Shown in pieces: positions 40,811-55,000 of a stretch of DNA of 64,000 nucleotides. Source of the stretch: Chrysomallon squamiferum (lineage: Eukaryota; Animalia; Mollusca); contig CM022676.1 in NCBI GenBank assembly GCA_012295275.1, positions 4,898,001-4,962,000 on the forward strand, read 5' to 3'. Each line of letters starts with the position of its first letter. The stretch's first letter is position 1. Position numbers and translations under genes: made by a program. The notes beneath the pieces were generated by a model. That model ran no database searches, was not told the DNA's origin, and saw nothing but the letters and a program-made list of their open reading frames with translations.

Positions 40811-42200
40811 CTTTCATAAGATCCTTGCGGACAACTTTGACGCTATCATTTCTATCATTTTTAGGATATTCTTCCATAGTATTAAAGTCAATGATGTATT
40901 TCTGTCCTGATACTTCTAGACTGACAAACTGTTGTTTTTCTCTATAAGCTTTCTCTATTATTCCATTTACATTCTTACACTCAAATTGTTTTGTTTTACC
41001 TTCTTGATCCACTTCAATATAATACCACTGAACCAAATTGGAAAGGATATTAGCCATGTCTTGTTCTGATTCTAAGCGATCAAACTCTCTGAGAAGTTTC
41101 TCAACAAGTTCATAAGCATTGTACACATCCACAAGTAGTCCCTCAATTGTAATCATATCTCCCTTTTCAGTGAACATAACTCTTACTGAAAACTGATCTT
41201 GAAGATCAAGTATTTTCTTCATCTGAAAAAACCCCACAAAAAACAAAATCAACCCTGGTTTCTACAAAGCAGGAAACCTGAAATAGAGTAAACAGTTCAA
41301 CATGAGTCACTGTAAACATTGTGATGTAGATAAATATGTTCCCCATTAGACATTGTAAACATTGTGATGGAGATATATATGTTCCCCATTAGACATTGTA
41401 AACATTGTGATGTAGATATATATGTTCCCCATTAGACATTGTAAACATTGTGATGTAGATAATTAACTGTGCTTGTTTTAAACATTGTGATGTAGATATA
41501 TATGTTCCCCATTAGACATTGTAAACATTGTGATGCAGATATATATGTTCCCCATTAGACATTGTAAACATTGTGATGTAGATATATATGTTCCCCATTA
41601 GACATTGTAAACATTGTGATGTAGATATATATGTTCCCCATTAGACATTGTAAACATTGTGATGTAGATATATATGTTCCCCATTAGACATTGTAAACAT
41701 TGTGATGTAGATATATATGTTCACCATTAGACATTTTAAACATTGTGATGTAGATAATTAAACAAGTAAGTGTGGTGTAGACAGTTGTTATGATCATTTT
41801 GTCATTTACAAGAACATTCTTTTGGATGTTTCGTAGTTCTGTAATGATCAATAGTGTTTATTAAACAACTCAGACAAATGATGATGTGAAAACCTGGCTT
41901 GCAGCAAATACTTTTGAAACAGTTTTACACTGCGTGGTACGTCATACCAGAACATTGTAAAAAAAATATATATAAATTTGAATTTTCTATCAAGTTCCAA
42001 TGTAAACTTCACCTGGGTTTTCTTCAAACATTGTAAACTTTCACCTGCAACAACTTTCTTGATGATTTCTTCGGCAGTGTAACTTTCAACTGCCTGAATG
42101 GATGCATCAATAGACAACAAGTTGTCAGAGAAGTAATGTAGTTGCATCTCAGAGCTGTTATCTTCTTTCTGTGGTTTCGAGAGAGTAACCAAGAGAGTTT
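38763..42200 (-). CDS. P2: 5'-truncated PARP14-like cassette (linker/KH, WWE, ART); intact frame but degenerate catalytic motif
   Basis: Exons 42200-42013 (acceptor inferred), 41222-40811, 39796-39645, 39476-39305, 39049-38763; phases consistent, no frameshift, ends ITFTL*. Motifs LWIGT (His to Ile), YGDRVYFA, SAHNTWS, NPGLYVIFNDTQAYPDYLITF. No RRM or macrodomain exons between it and P1's 3' end. Expression unknown. Confidence 0.65.
41312..41762. repeat. Intronic minisatellite, ~9 copies of 43-bp unit GTAAACATTGTGATGTAGATATATATGTTCCCCATTAGACATT plus one 37-bp-type unit
   Basis: Period 43 read directly (41521, 41564); same intron position as the 37-bp array in P3. Confidence 0.9.
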
Positions 42201-43269
42201 CTGAATAATTACTTAAACATTCATAATTTATTATTACATTTTACACAAACTTCTGCTATTTTTAAATAATATTATTTCTTGAAAAAATAAACATTACCAA
42301 CACCAGATAGTGGTATAAAACTGTTAAGTAATTTCAATTTAGATGCATTGACACAGTTACTGGGGGAAAAAAGTAAATATTTTTTTACTAAGGATTAGGA
42401 TTAGTACTATTTTCAGTGAATGCATCTGTACAGTACCAAGTTCGCATTATTTGTCATTAGATCTAAAATGATGTTGTCATAAAAACAGCTAGCTGTTTCT
42501 ACTGACATCTTCAAGAAAATAACAAAAACATGGTAATGAATGGCACTGTTGTACACAATGATGTCAAATGTTATTCTTGGACAGCTCTTTTTCACTAAGC
42601 TTCCTTAAATTTGAATTTAGGAATTTTAAGAGGATTAGATTATTAACTATAAATTATCTACAAAATGTTAATGAAACATTTCTTTAGTAGTAATGGTAGT
42701 GAATGGATGCATAAGTTTTGAAACAGTTTTTTTTTTGACAAAAAGGTTTCATTCTTTTAGTTAAAGTTAATGATGTTTTTCAGGAGTCATGATGTGTTTT
42801 GACCAGTGTTATCTAAACGACACCCAAAACTAAAAAACCAAGATTTGCAAGAAACAAAAATAAGCAAGACACAAGCTTTTGTAACCAAATAGGAATGTTA
42901 ACTCCAATGTTGCAAGTCTTGTAAGTCAAAACAGTTGTTCTCGTGTACATTATAATCTCGTTTAATATTTGATATTGGAATAAAACCTGTGGCTTGGCTG
43001 GAAGGAAATATAACCTCTACATGTAAACAGAAAAGTATTCAGCTTTACTTGAAAAATTACCTACCCGATACACTGTTAAGCTGTTTGAGTAAAAGTATTC
43101 ACTCTATTTTCTGATCAAGTTGAATTATTTGAAAAAAACCCACTTAAAACAAAAACAACACAAAATAAAAATACATTTGACTGAATTTATGTTTTGGTTA
43201 AATTACAAAAGTTATTTAATGTCTACTTGTTCCTTCACAATAAAGACATGATTGTCTTTAAACAGAGAA

Positions 43270-43319
<50 letters not shown>

Positions 43320-43658
43320 ATTTCATAAAATCCTTGCAGTTTTCATTAACTTTGTTTAAGAGATTATTCTAATAATTCAATATCAAAGGCAATAAATATA
43401 CATTTGATAAATGCCAGATTTTGACAAAATGTCCAATGTATGGGATGACAATAGAATTTTTTTTTAATAATAATAATAATAATAAAAAATGGAAATACAA
43501 CCGAAAGAATTACATCACACAGATACTTTTATTTATTTTTTCTCATGTCAGTATTTATTTTTTTTTTTTTAATTACTGTAGGCATAACTCTTGGGATGAA
43601 ATGATTAGATGTTCAGTTGTTAGCAAATTTATATGGTAAATAATATATATATTCATAT

Positions 43659-43699
<41 letters not shown>

Positions 43700-44825
43700 C
43701 AAAACAACAACAACAACAAATAAATAAACAACAATTCATGATCAGAGATAAAACTGTGAATTTTCTTGGAATTAATCATTATGTTTGGAGTTAAAATTTA
43801 CAAGACAAAAACTCCTAGATTCTGAACTACACAGGACTGCCCATGCTGGTTTCATTCTCACATCGGTAACATTACATGTTAATGAATTCAAAATAGCAGA
43901 ATTTCATTGGCGCTCTTTTTATCGTGTCAGTGCCGTTTTGGTATCGGGTAGATGGATTTCCCGCCATACATCTGCATCAGAGAACAGGCATACTCAGCTG
44001 CTTTACAGAATCTGGACCACAATTGCATTTGCAAATGGACAATGCAGTAGAAGTGTTAATGATTAACACTTTTCGTTTGAGTGAGGGACAATACAAAACA
44101 ATACAAAATTTGTTTCATTATAATGATTTCACAGATTAGTGTTTCATGTCCTATACTACCTATTTCATGACAGTGGTGATCGCGAGTATATCCAAACTGG
44201 CTCTTTAATAGGACCGACTGTTCAGACAACAGGAACACCTTAACAAGGAGAAAAAATCTGAATTATAATTTCACTCTTTGATTGAAATTCTCGAGCCATT
44301 GTCCCCTTTCAACAATGGAATAAATACCCTTTTCATTTTGTACTATGGGATATTTTATAAGCATTTTTCCTTAAAAAAAAAACCATAAAATTTTTAGTAA
44401 GTCAACTGTTGCTTACTGTTAAGATTGGGAAATACTCTGAAGGAAGCAACTAGGAGAACCGATCCTCTGTCCAGACGATACTGTGTTAATTATCTGCATT
44501 CATAGAGTATTATGTTGTAGGTATATCAAAGTACAGGTGAATTTAAATATTTCCTACGTACTTCCCATTCATACCCATTCACTATTAATTCACAAACTGA
44601 TAAACATAACAAGAACATTAATGCTGTTACTGTATTTATTTAATAAAACTACAACACAGTCAGTACAGGTGTGTGTATTAGTAGATAACACTGGATATTA
44701 ATGTTAAATATCAACCGATAAAGTAAGTATATTAGTAAATGTCTGATTGCTCAACATTTATTTAATTAAATATCATCAAGTAACTTACAGAACAAAAAAA
44801 GTACTAAATTTAATATTTATTATGT

Positions 44826-45238
44826 CAGTGTCCGGCAACCATAATTTTCGTGTATTGCCCGATTTTTTAAAACTCTAATGTTGAAGCACCCACCAAATTC
44901 ACAATAGTTTTAGAATTAAATGATATTTACTGAATAAACGTTATTATTCAATAAAATTAAGGTTTTAAGTTTCTCGCATGATCTAAGACCCTACTGCTCA
45001 ATGTATACTCTCTTGTATATTAAACACAGCCCACTTTATTAACAGTTAATGGTTTTCTTCTATTCTCGCTCTCTGTCTGTCTGTCTTCTGGGCAAACTCA
45101 GTGTCTGTGTCAGTTTTAGTTAAACAGTCAGTTGCTAAAAGTCACGGGTGTCAAGAACATTCTTCCAGCGACACCCAACACACACCCATCTCCCCCAAAC
45201 AGACCAAGCCCCCCAGTGATCCCTGGTTGCCGCCACTG
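44826..45238. mobile_element. Older hAT-like TIR element, uninterrupted copy
   Basis: Imperfect TIRs CAGTGTCCGGCAACCA / TGGTTGCCGCCACTG; duplicate of 36481-37200 without the nested MITE. Confidence 0.45.
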
Positions 45239-46760
45239 ATCTATATTGTTACATGTTTCTTATTTTTATATAAATATGTAAAAAAGTTATAATTAGTAAA
45301 TGTTAAAAATACCAACAGTCATCTCTTGTTTCTTACAAGTTAAACACATTTTACTGACTTTGCAACAAATACAAACAATAAGCTAGTTAAAACAGTTCCG
45401 GATACACATTTTGTTTATTGTTAGAGAAAAATATTCATGCATTTGTATATTAATAGAAATATTATATATATATATATATATGTTGTAAAATAAACAATTT
45501 AAATAGAAAGATTAAACCATAATTTAATTACTTGTTACTGATTTTTTTTTTTTTTTAAGTAATAATGCATTTATTATTATTTGTAACTTATATTAATTTT
45601 ATGTATTTTATAAATAATCATAAAATTACAAAATTATTTTTCCAGATTAATTTATCAAAATTGGTAAATGTATCTCAGTCTTTAAAAATGTATAATCATA
45701 ACGTACACAATGTAAATACCAGATTTATATATAAACATGTAATAAACAAACATAGAAATAACAATAAAAAATAATAGCTGATAAGCATTAATAATGCATA
45801 GTAACTATTTCCAGTGCATACAAAAAAAAAAAAAAAAAAACTTTAAATCTTTTCTTTTTTTTTTTTTTTTTTTTTTTGAGAAATTAATAAAAATAGGAAA
45901 ATGAAAAAGGTAAACCTAAGCATACAGGAAGATGTCACTTAGAACCAAGGTGTGGTGTTTTCACTGTGTATTTAATTATTATCTGGTTGTTGTTTTTCTT
46001 ATATTGCAAAAGTTTGGTACATTTCTACCTGGTTGAAAACAGATATTCAGTTGATCATGTCTAAAGATCTAAAAGCCAATTGGAGGGACACAAGTTCCTG
46101 AAAACGACACCTATTTAAAACACATGATTATATATCATTATTTTATAAACATGTCAAAATATATAAAGAACAATGAGTAATACACAAGTTTTAAATAATA
46201 ATAATAATAATAATGAAATTTGCCCAGCAAAATTAGAAATAAATAAATATGCAAAAAATAAATTTACAAAACAAAATAAAATAAAAATAAATTTAATAAT
46301 AATGTTATTATTATTATTTTTCCACAAATTCACAGAAATAAAATTAATATTTCACAAAAATTCAAAATTTAATATTTCCAGTGATGTGACACCATTTTAG
46401 ATGTCAATGATAACCATTTTTATTTTACTTCAGTGTTGTACTAATTTGAAGTTTACTTCTCTGTAGCAATAACTGTCTTTTTATCAAGTTTGAGAATTTC
46501 AAATCCAATTTATGATTATTATTATTATTATTATTAATCTTCTGAATATACTGATTTCAGTTTAAAAAAAAAATCCAAACAAAATTATTGCTACTTATCT
46601 AAAGAGCAGTAATGATAAAATAAAATTTTGAAATAAATTCTTTTACAATTTGTTCACATCTCAAAAAACAAAGGTGAAAATTGAAGAATGTATCTAAAAC
46701 AAATTTTGAATAAAAAAAAAAAGCATTACTATTTGAAAACACTTCATTTTATACAGCTAT

Positions 46761-48262
46761 TTAGAGAGTGAATGTTATGAGATAATCAGGGTATGCTTGA
46801 GTGTCATTGAAAATGATGTACAGTCCAGGGTTAGCAACCTTATCAACAACAGAATCAAACAAGAGAGACTTGATTTGATGATTTCACTGGTGGAACACGC
46901 ATTCCTTTCTGTCCTCTAGTAAAATCACCAGTAAGAACTGAGGCGTAGTAGATGTGTTTATAACCTTGTGAATCTGGTCGTGAATATGTGTTACCTGCAG
47001 AAAAACTTGCATTAACAGCAAAATACACTCCATCTCCAATATGTTGTAGCTGAAAAAACATAAAAACAATCAGAAAATTATATATGTTCAAATTATTAAA
47101 ATATTATATCCTACATAAATATTAACATAGTAATGTTCCAGTTATTTTAACAATTTAATGAGTGGTAACAAGTGATTTCTAAAGTTTATTTTAAAGAACC
47201 AGGCTAAAGTTTTGTCATTTCTTTTATTATTCTTTGTTACATAACAGTTTATTATTATATGCTATAATCATATTACTAGTATTTGGCAGATGTTATTTTA
47301 CTTACCATTTTTTCCACAGTAACTTCTGCTGAATCCATGGGTATTCAGAGAAACAATAGCATCAACATTTGTCCCATGCCACAGTTTTCTTTCTGCAGGT
47401 TGACTGGTTTGTTTAGTTATCTGCTTTTTCTTAGCTACATACTGCTGATATAATGTTTTATTCTGTATTCTTTCAATCTGAAATGGCAAAACAGAGATAT
47501 CAAATGTAAAACTGAAATAAATAAAAGATGAGATCATGCAAACATCAACATCACAATCATTCTGATTTAAAAATACTTGATATCATAAGAAAGATTGTTA
47601 TTATCTGAAAGTGTATTTAATTGTTAATTACATTTCTTATCAATACATTTTACTTTTTTAAAGTTAGAAATCTATAATTTAAATTTTGTTTTATAATTCT
47701 GAAAGGACAGAGAGAAAAAACCTTAATTATTTTTGCTGTTTGTTGTTGAACTGAGTTTAAAAATTCCTGTGAAACACTTTGATAATCAGCATCAAAAGTC
47801 TGCAGAGTGACCACTCTCAAGTCTTCATCTTCTCCCATTGGTGTCCAGTGACTTGGTGCTTCAAAAGCAGAAACTGATTTGGAAAGAAAAACAATTTTTA
47901 CATTTTGAATTCACATTTTAATCTGTTGATTTTTTTTTACCCCAATTAATTGTTAATATATCAAAATGATTTATCTTTTAAGTGCAAGAATTTCTTTTTT
48001 GTTTAAATGCCATTGAAAAAAAAAAAAAGTTTACATAAAAGAATTTAACATGGTGAAATATAGCAGCCAAGTATTAGTTAAAACATAGACTGAAAGAGTT
48101 ACTGATGTGAAAAAAATTATGTTGGTATTTATTTTATTTTATCATTGTAAATTTGATGTGATACAAATCACTGTGGCATTCAGTTTTAGGATCATTCAAA
48201 GGTTCACATTATCTTATAACTGACCTAAAATAACAACTAGCAGGGTATTACATCAGATGGGT

Positions 48263-48295
<33 letters not shown>

Positions 48296-49014
48296 CAGTA
48301 AATAAATAAATAAATGAACTGAACTTCAATACCTTATATCTCAAAAACAAAACCGAAAAACCCACATTTTTTAACTTTCTAAAAATGGATATTGTCAATT
48401 ACTGTCCAGAATGTCAAGTTAATATTGTAGTAGATTTTACCATCTTAACAGTGGAATCCTTCTCTTCCATGAAAACCATTTTGTGTAATATTTATCACAT
48501 AGCTTTTTGCATGTTGTTTTCCTATTCTTTTTATATTTTCTCATTTTTGTCATAAAATTTGTTTGACTATTTACAAGATTTCAACTAAAGTGCAAGATAC
48601 TCCAGAATCAGATTCAAATTCTCTGTGATCAGTGGATCGTTGGATGCTTCCTCCACATGTCAAACATTCTGTTAGGTAATCTGTTTTAATCAAGCACTAC
48701 AACTTTCCTTTCAGTGGATCCAGTACTTGTAATCTATTTTTATCACTGTGTACATTGATGAAGTATCTCACTTCTTTCTGGCAAACTCATGTCTGATTCC
48801 CACACAAGGCCACCCTTTCTTAGTGAAACAAGTCACAAGTAAGTCCTTATCTGAGAATTATCTTCATGTGATGAAAACTAAAATAGCTAAAATATTTTGT
48901 TCAAGTCCCACTTGTTTTGTCTATATAGTATATACAGTTTTAATTTAAGAAAGTTGAAAAATCTTGTTTTGGAGATATGAGGTGGGTTTGATTTTGTTAG
49001 TGGTTTTTTTTTTG

Positions 49015-49045
<31 letters not shown>

Positions 49046-52000
49046 TTTTTTTTTTTTATTTTTTTTTTCTTTTTGCCTATGTAATGTATATTGGGTATAA
49101 CAGAAAAGTAAACAAATTAAAACCTACAAAACAGTAATTTAAAAAAAAAAAATGACTTTATTCATTGAGTGCTGATAAACATTTTACATATAAATATTAA
49201 GTAATAATAATAATAATAATAATACCTTTCATAAGATCCATGCGGACAACTTTGACTCTATCATTTCTATCATTTTCAGGATATTCTTCCATAGTATTAA
49301 AGTCAATGATGTATTTCTGTCCTGATGCTTCTAGACTGACATACCATTGTTTGTCTCTATAAGCTTTCTCTATTATTCCATTTACCTTCTTGTCATACTC
49401 CACTTGCTTTGTTTGACCTTGTTGATCCACTTCAACATAAAACCACTGAACCAAATTGGAAAGGATATTAGCCATGTCTTGTTCTGATTTTAAGCGATCA
49501 AACTCTCTGATAAGTTTCTGAACAAGTTCATAAGCATTGTACACATCCATTTGTAGTCCCTCAATTGTAATCATATCCTCCTTTTCAGTGAACATTACTC
49601 TTACTGAAAACTGATCTTGAAGATCAAGTATTTTCTTCATCTGAAAAAAAAAAGAAAAAAAAAAGACCTGGTTTGTACCATGCAGCGAATCATCACACTT
49701 CACAAACCTGAAACAGTGTAAACAGTTCAACATGATACACTGTAAACATTGTGATGTTGTTAACTGTGTTCACCATTAGACATTGTAAACTTTGTGATGT
49801 AGATAATCATGCTCACCCTTAGACATTGTAAACTTTTATTAGGTAGACATTGTAAACATTTTTATGTAGATAATTAAATATGTTAATTGTAAATGTTGTA
49901 ATGTAGATAATTAGATATTAGTCAAAGCAAACATTTTGGTATAGATAACTGAATAGGTTCAACATGAGATATTGTAAACACTTGTGGTCACTTGAAACAT
50001 TGTGGTGTGGATAATTAAATATGTTCATTTACAAAAACATTCTTTTAGAGGTTACATTATTCAGTAATAATCAACTGTTGTTTATTAAACAACTCAGTTG
50101 AATGGTGATGTGAAAACTTCACCTGCAGCAAATTCTTTTGAAACAGTTTTACACTGTGTGGTAAAAAATATAAACTTGAATTTTCTATCAAGTTCCAATG
50201 AAAACTTCACCTGGTTTTTCTTCAAAAATTGTAACCTTTCATCTGCAACAACTTTCTTGATGATTTCTTCACCACAGTAACTTTCAACTGCCTGAATGGA
50301 TGCATCAATAGACCACAAGTTGTCAGAGAAGTAATGTAGTTGCATCTCAGAGCTGTTATCTTCTTTCTGCAGTTTTGAGCCACTGCTGAAAAAATCTGTA
50401 ATAAAGAGAATTTCTGAATAATTATTGAAAAATACATAACTTACTGTTACATTTAACACAAACTCTGCTTTTTATAAATAATATTTTCTCTTAATAACAT
50501 AAACAGTTTACCAATACCAGTTATTGGTATAAAACTGTTAAATAATTTTACTTAAAGTTAATGATGTGTTTTGACCAGTGTTATCTAAATGACAATGAAA
50601 ACTAAAAAATAAAGAAACAAAAATAAGCAAGACACAAGCTTTGTAACCAAATAGGAATGTCAACTTCAATGTTGCAAGTCTTGTAAGTCAAAACAGTTGT
50701 TGTGTTGTACGTTATAATATTATTAATATTTGATACTGGAAGATATCCTAAGGCTTGGCTAGAAGGAAATATAACCTCTACATGTAAACAGAAAGGTATT
50801 CAGCTTTATTTGAAAACTTACTGACCCAGAACACTGTTAAGCTGTTTGAGGAAAAGTATTAACATCTGTAATTAACCACAGATTCACTCTATTGTCTGAA
50901 ATTATGTTTTGGTTAAGTGTTTTTGTTAAATTACAAGAGTGATTTTATGTCTACATGTTCCTTCACAACAAAGTCATTATTGTCTTCAAATAGAAGAGAA
51001 AAAAAAAAAAAATAAATAAATAAATTATATGTCAAGGACAAATATCTCAACCTTAAAAGACTAAAATGAAGGCAGGTTTTAATTATTAACTAAGTATATA
51101 ACTAAGGAAAATGGTTTATATATTTAGATGTAATTTAATTAACCTCTTTCCCTTATGGGTGGTTTTGTAAATGAGTTTCCATCCTTCATCTGTACAGTAT
51201 GTTCTCCAAACACCTGTTTTGCAGCTGCCATGAAAAACATGACTGTGTTTATGCTTGTGTCTATCAGATAAATTTCATGAACACTGCTTTCTGGAAAATC
51301 TTTGATGCATTCTTTTATGGCTTCAACAATAGCAGCTGTTGCTTCATGCACAGGATAGTCATGTATTCCACAACTAAGGGCAGGAATTGCAATAGAGTGA
51401 CAATTTTTCTTGTCTGCAGCATCAAGGCTTTTGAAAATAGCTTCTCTCAGAGTTTCCTCTTCATTTCTGTGTCCTCCTGACCACACAGGACCTACAGCAT
51501 GGATGATCATTTTACATGAGAGTGAACCAGGCTTTGATATGGCAATATTCCCAGAAAGAACATTTCCGTAGTTCCTAATATAATTTCTGCATTCATCTTG
51601 AATAGATTTGCCACCTTAAAAAGCAATAAAATAAAATTAAGCCAAATTATTTTAGAGTTTTACCTAAGATTAGTAAAACCATTTTTATATGCTTAAAAAA
51701 TCATTCAATTTAATTCGACTGAGTTTTAAATAATCCTAACATCTGACTAATATAATCTAAATTAATATAATTATATAAAGAAAGGTAATAATTACTGTAA
51801 TTAATAAACATCTTCAATCAAAAAAAAGCAAACAGAGATATGACACTGAACAAATCATGATGCTTTAACAATCTGTGTAGAACTAGTTTATTTTAAAAAA
51901 TGTAAAAATATGTGAGGCAAAAATATTTGAAATAAAGAATTCATTAAGTTTGTTAAGCATAAATTTAACATTTTAACATTACATCAGTTTCTCAGTGACA

Positions 52001-55000
52001 ACAAAACAGATTATAAAAACGGGTTGTGATAATCAGTTGTATGTTTATAACAACAGTTGATCTTCTGTTTAACAGCAGTTTATTAAACACAGCAGTCCAA
52101 ATTCAAAGTGCTAGGTTAGTGGAAAATATATTTGAAGATTATCATTTGTTTTTATAATCATATTTTCTCAAATTTAATACTTTTTAAAAATAAATTTACA
52201 TAAAGTAACATTTCAATAAAATGACTGTATGTCTATCATATCGAAGGGAAAGTTCAATGAAATTAAAGATGATACTTATAAATATTTTACCTTTGTCAAC
52301 AATAGCTTTGGCTAAGCCACCAGTGTGATCCAGTTTCTCATTAGCTGCACTTACAATGACATCGACATTCATTTCAGTGATGTCCTCTTGAACAAAAAAC
52401 AGTTGTCGCTGTCCTGGCATCATACAGTTTCCTACAGTCTTCACACCTTTACCTGCAACAGCTGTAGTTTCCATCACATGCTTACTTCCAACAGACATTT
52501 TTTCACTGCTGTCAAAGTATTTTTCAATAATGCATTTTTCAGATCTTTCCAAGCTGTTGATGAACATAATTCCTTTCTGTGACTTTAAGAGTTTTTGAAT
52601 TCTAGGCCTCTTATGTAGAAACATTTTGTGATTCACCTTACTGGCCAAATTTTCTAAGGCTTTCATTGCTGCATCCATTCCAAACCTGGTAGCATTTATG
52701 GTAAATTGTTCACCTGTTTTAGAATAGCTAATCTGCACTTTAAGTTGTTTTAAATTTCTTGTGATTTTGCTGATGACTTCATCGCGATATACCTGCAGAA
52801 AACGCTGGATGCCTTTGGGAAATGAAACTGTTTGAACAAAGATGGTATTTTCAATAAAAAAGACATCGATGTCTTCAGAAACATTTGCCATAACGTCATC
52901 TGTAGCAGTAATAACAACGTTTCCTGTTTCCCATTGAGCAACATGTAGAAAGTCACCATGACTCTGACTGAGTCCACTGATAAGATTTGACCACTTGTCT
53001 GACAAGAGCAGCATCAGTGATTCAGGTTCAAGTTTGCAAATCTTCTCAACGACAGACTGTTTGATAATGTTTGCCACGTGAACAGCATCGTGATCACTGA
53101 GTGCGAGGATTGCAACATCTTTATCAGTAACTTCCCAAACACCATCCAGGTTTTTCTTTTTAATTTTCTTTACAACGTAGTCACGAACACATTTCTTATC
53201 AACCATTTGTAACTGATCTGCAGAAAAATCAGTGACTCTTGACAGTTTTTTACTTTGAAGTAATTCATACATTTCAACCTGTGCATTTTTGACATCTGCA
53301 ATTATTCCAACAAAAGATATTTCTGTTTTGGGTAATTTAATAGTTACTGTTAGATCGGGATATTTTTGCTTCATTTGCTTTGGAAATCCATGGGCTAAAA
53401 GCAAACGCAGCTGAAGTGAATTCACTTTATTAAGAGTTTCAGAAACTTCCTGCTTTCTTCTTTCGTACTCTTCCTCCACCTTTTTTATCACAGTTTTAAC
53501 TTTTTCAGCCAGACTTTTACTTTGTCCTGCAAAACCAACTACAACGAGCTGCGATGAATCTTTGCAATCAAACAAACAAGCACCATCTATTTGACCAATA
53601 TTCAGTTTTTGGTGAACCTCATCCCATATGCCTCGAGGAACATCCATTTCTTCAACCTTTAGTAATTTTAGATATTCTTTCAGTGCAGTTTCAACATTAG
53701 CAGACCATTTGAAAAAGAATCTTTGGACATTGCTCACTTGTTTTGTGGGAATACACTTAAGTAATACAGTGATATCATCTCCCTTCACCCAGCTGAATTC
53801 TGAACGGAAAAACTTCTCAAAAAATGTTCTTGTAAGTCTGTCTTCTTTTATTAAAGCTAATTTGTATTTATCTAGATTAGTTACGGTGATTGGATCAGGC
53901 TTCTTAACACGGGTTGGGTCATACACCCCTCCTCCAGTTTCAAGACATTCATGATAGATGGAAACATTCAAAGTGGCACCATCAAGCTTGTGACCTCCTG
54001 GATGCTGAAGAACCTGTTCAACCACTGGAAATAAATAATAACTGATTCTTGTTTACTTTTTTTTATATACATATACTCTCCTACTTGGCCAACTGACAAT
54101 GACTTGAAAAAAATTATAATTGCTTTTTTTTAAAATTAATTAATGTTGTTTAGATATGAACAAAAATGATGTAGATTCATCACTTTTAAAAAAAGAAATT
54201 CTTGTGTTCATATATACCTGCATTCACTGAACTAAACTCACATTTTCCTGTGATATTATTATGCTTATCTTGAGACAGGGTATTGATTAGAAACGTTTCA
54301 GCAATTTGTTAAAGACTTTAAAGATTTATATGTGTATTTAACCATGGATTCATGCGGTTAGTCTGACAACGTTGTTTTTAATAGTAATTTGCAAATTAAA
54401 ATCAAATTAAAATGTTTGCTGTTTAAAGTCGTTTTATAAAATATAAATTTTCAAAATCTTCAGTCATTTCTAAAACTATTTAGAACAACAGTACATTATT
54501 TGAATAAAATAATGAACAGAAGAAAATGTTTGATTTAACTGAATGGTATTTAAAGTATACCAGACAGCAGCCATCGTCTGATTTCATTTGCACCTTCTCA
54601 ACTTCAACATTATTTCCCTCAAAGTAGTACCAGATAGTCTTAAGACACCACTTACCTTATCCCCAGAAATATTAAAATTTCAAACCTATAGATAAGTATG
54701 TGTATGTGAGTGCATTTGTGTTTGCATGTGTCTGTATGTGTGTTGTGTGTGTTTCACAATCTCTGCATTTTGGAGAAAGCCCCATATGCACAGTCAAATG
54801 CATTCAGACACCATGACTTCAACTAACTCTAACTTAATTGTAATTTCTTAAAGGAAGACAAAATGTTATTCAGTAAATATCCAACTGTCTTTTCCCAATT
54901 TTGTGTGAGGATTTCTCCATGACATTAGTAACTGCTGAAACTTAATATTTTATTTCTTTTCACTTTACTAATAAGTAACTGAAACCATACTAGATTTATA

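Larger units (their letters stand above)
32820..51010. repeat. Tandem segmental duplication, period ~8.0-8.4 kb (~2.2 units), carrying the PARP 3' cassettes
   Basis: Matching anchors 33860/42192, 35440/43785, 37063/45101, 38763/46761, 41222/49640 and 43260/~50990. Confidence 0.9.

Noticed and set aside
33062-41762. 37/43-bp repeat arrays resembling CRISPR repeats
   Set aside because: Head-to-tail units without unique spacers, inside spliceosomal introns of a eukaryotic gene, and no cas genes.
48560-48900. Long minus-strand frame in the P1 WWE-ART intron (…YLTECLTCGGSIQR…)
   Set aside because: Contains internal stops, has no fitting splice sites, is deleted in P2, and the flanking exons already join in phase.
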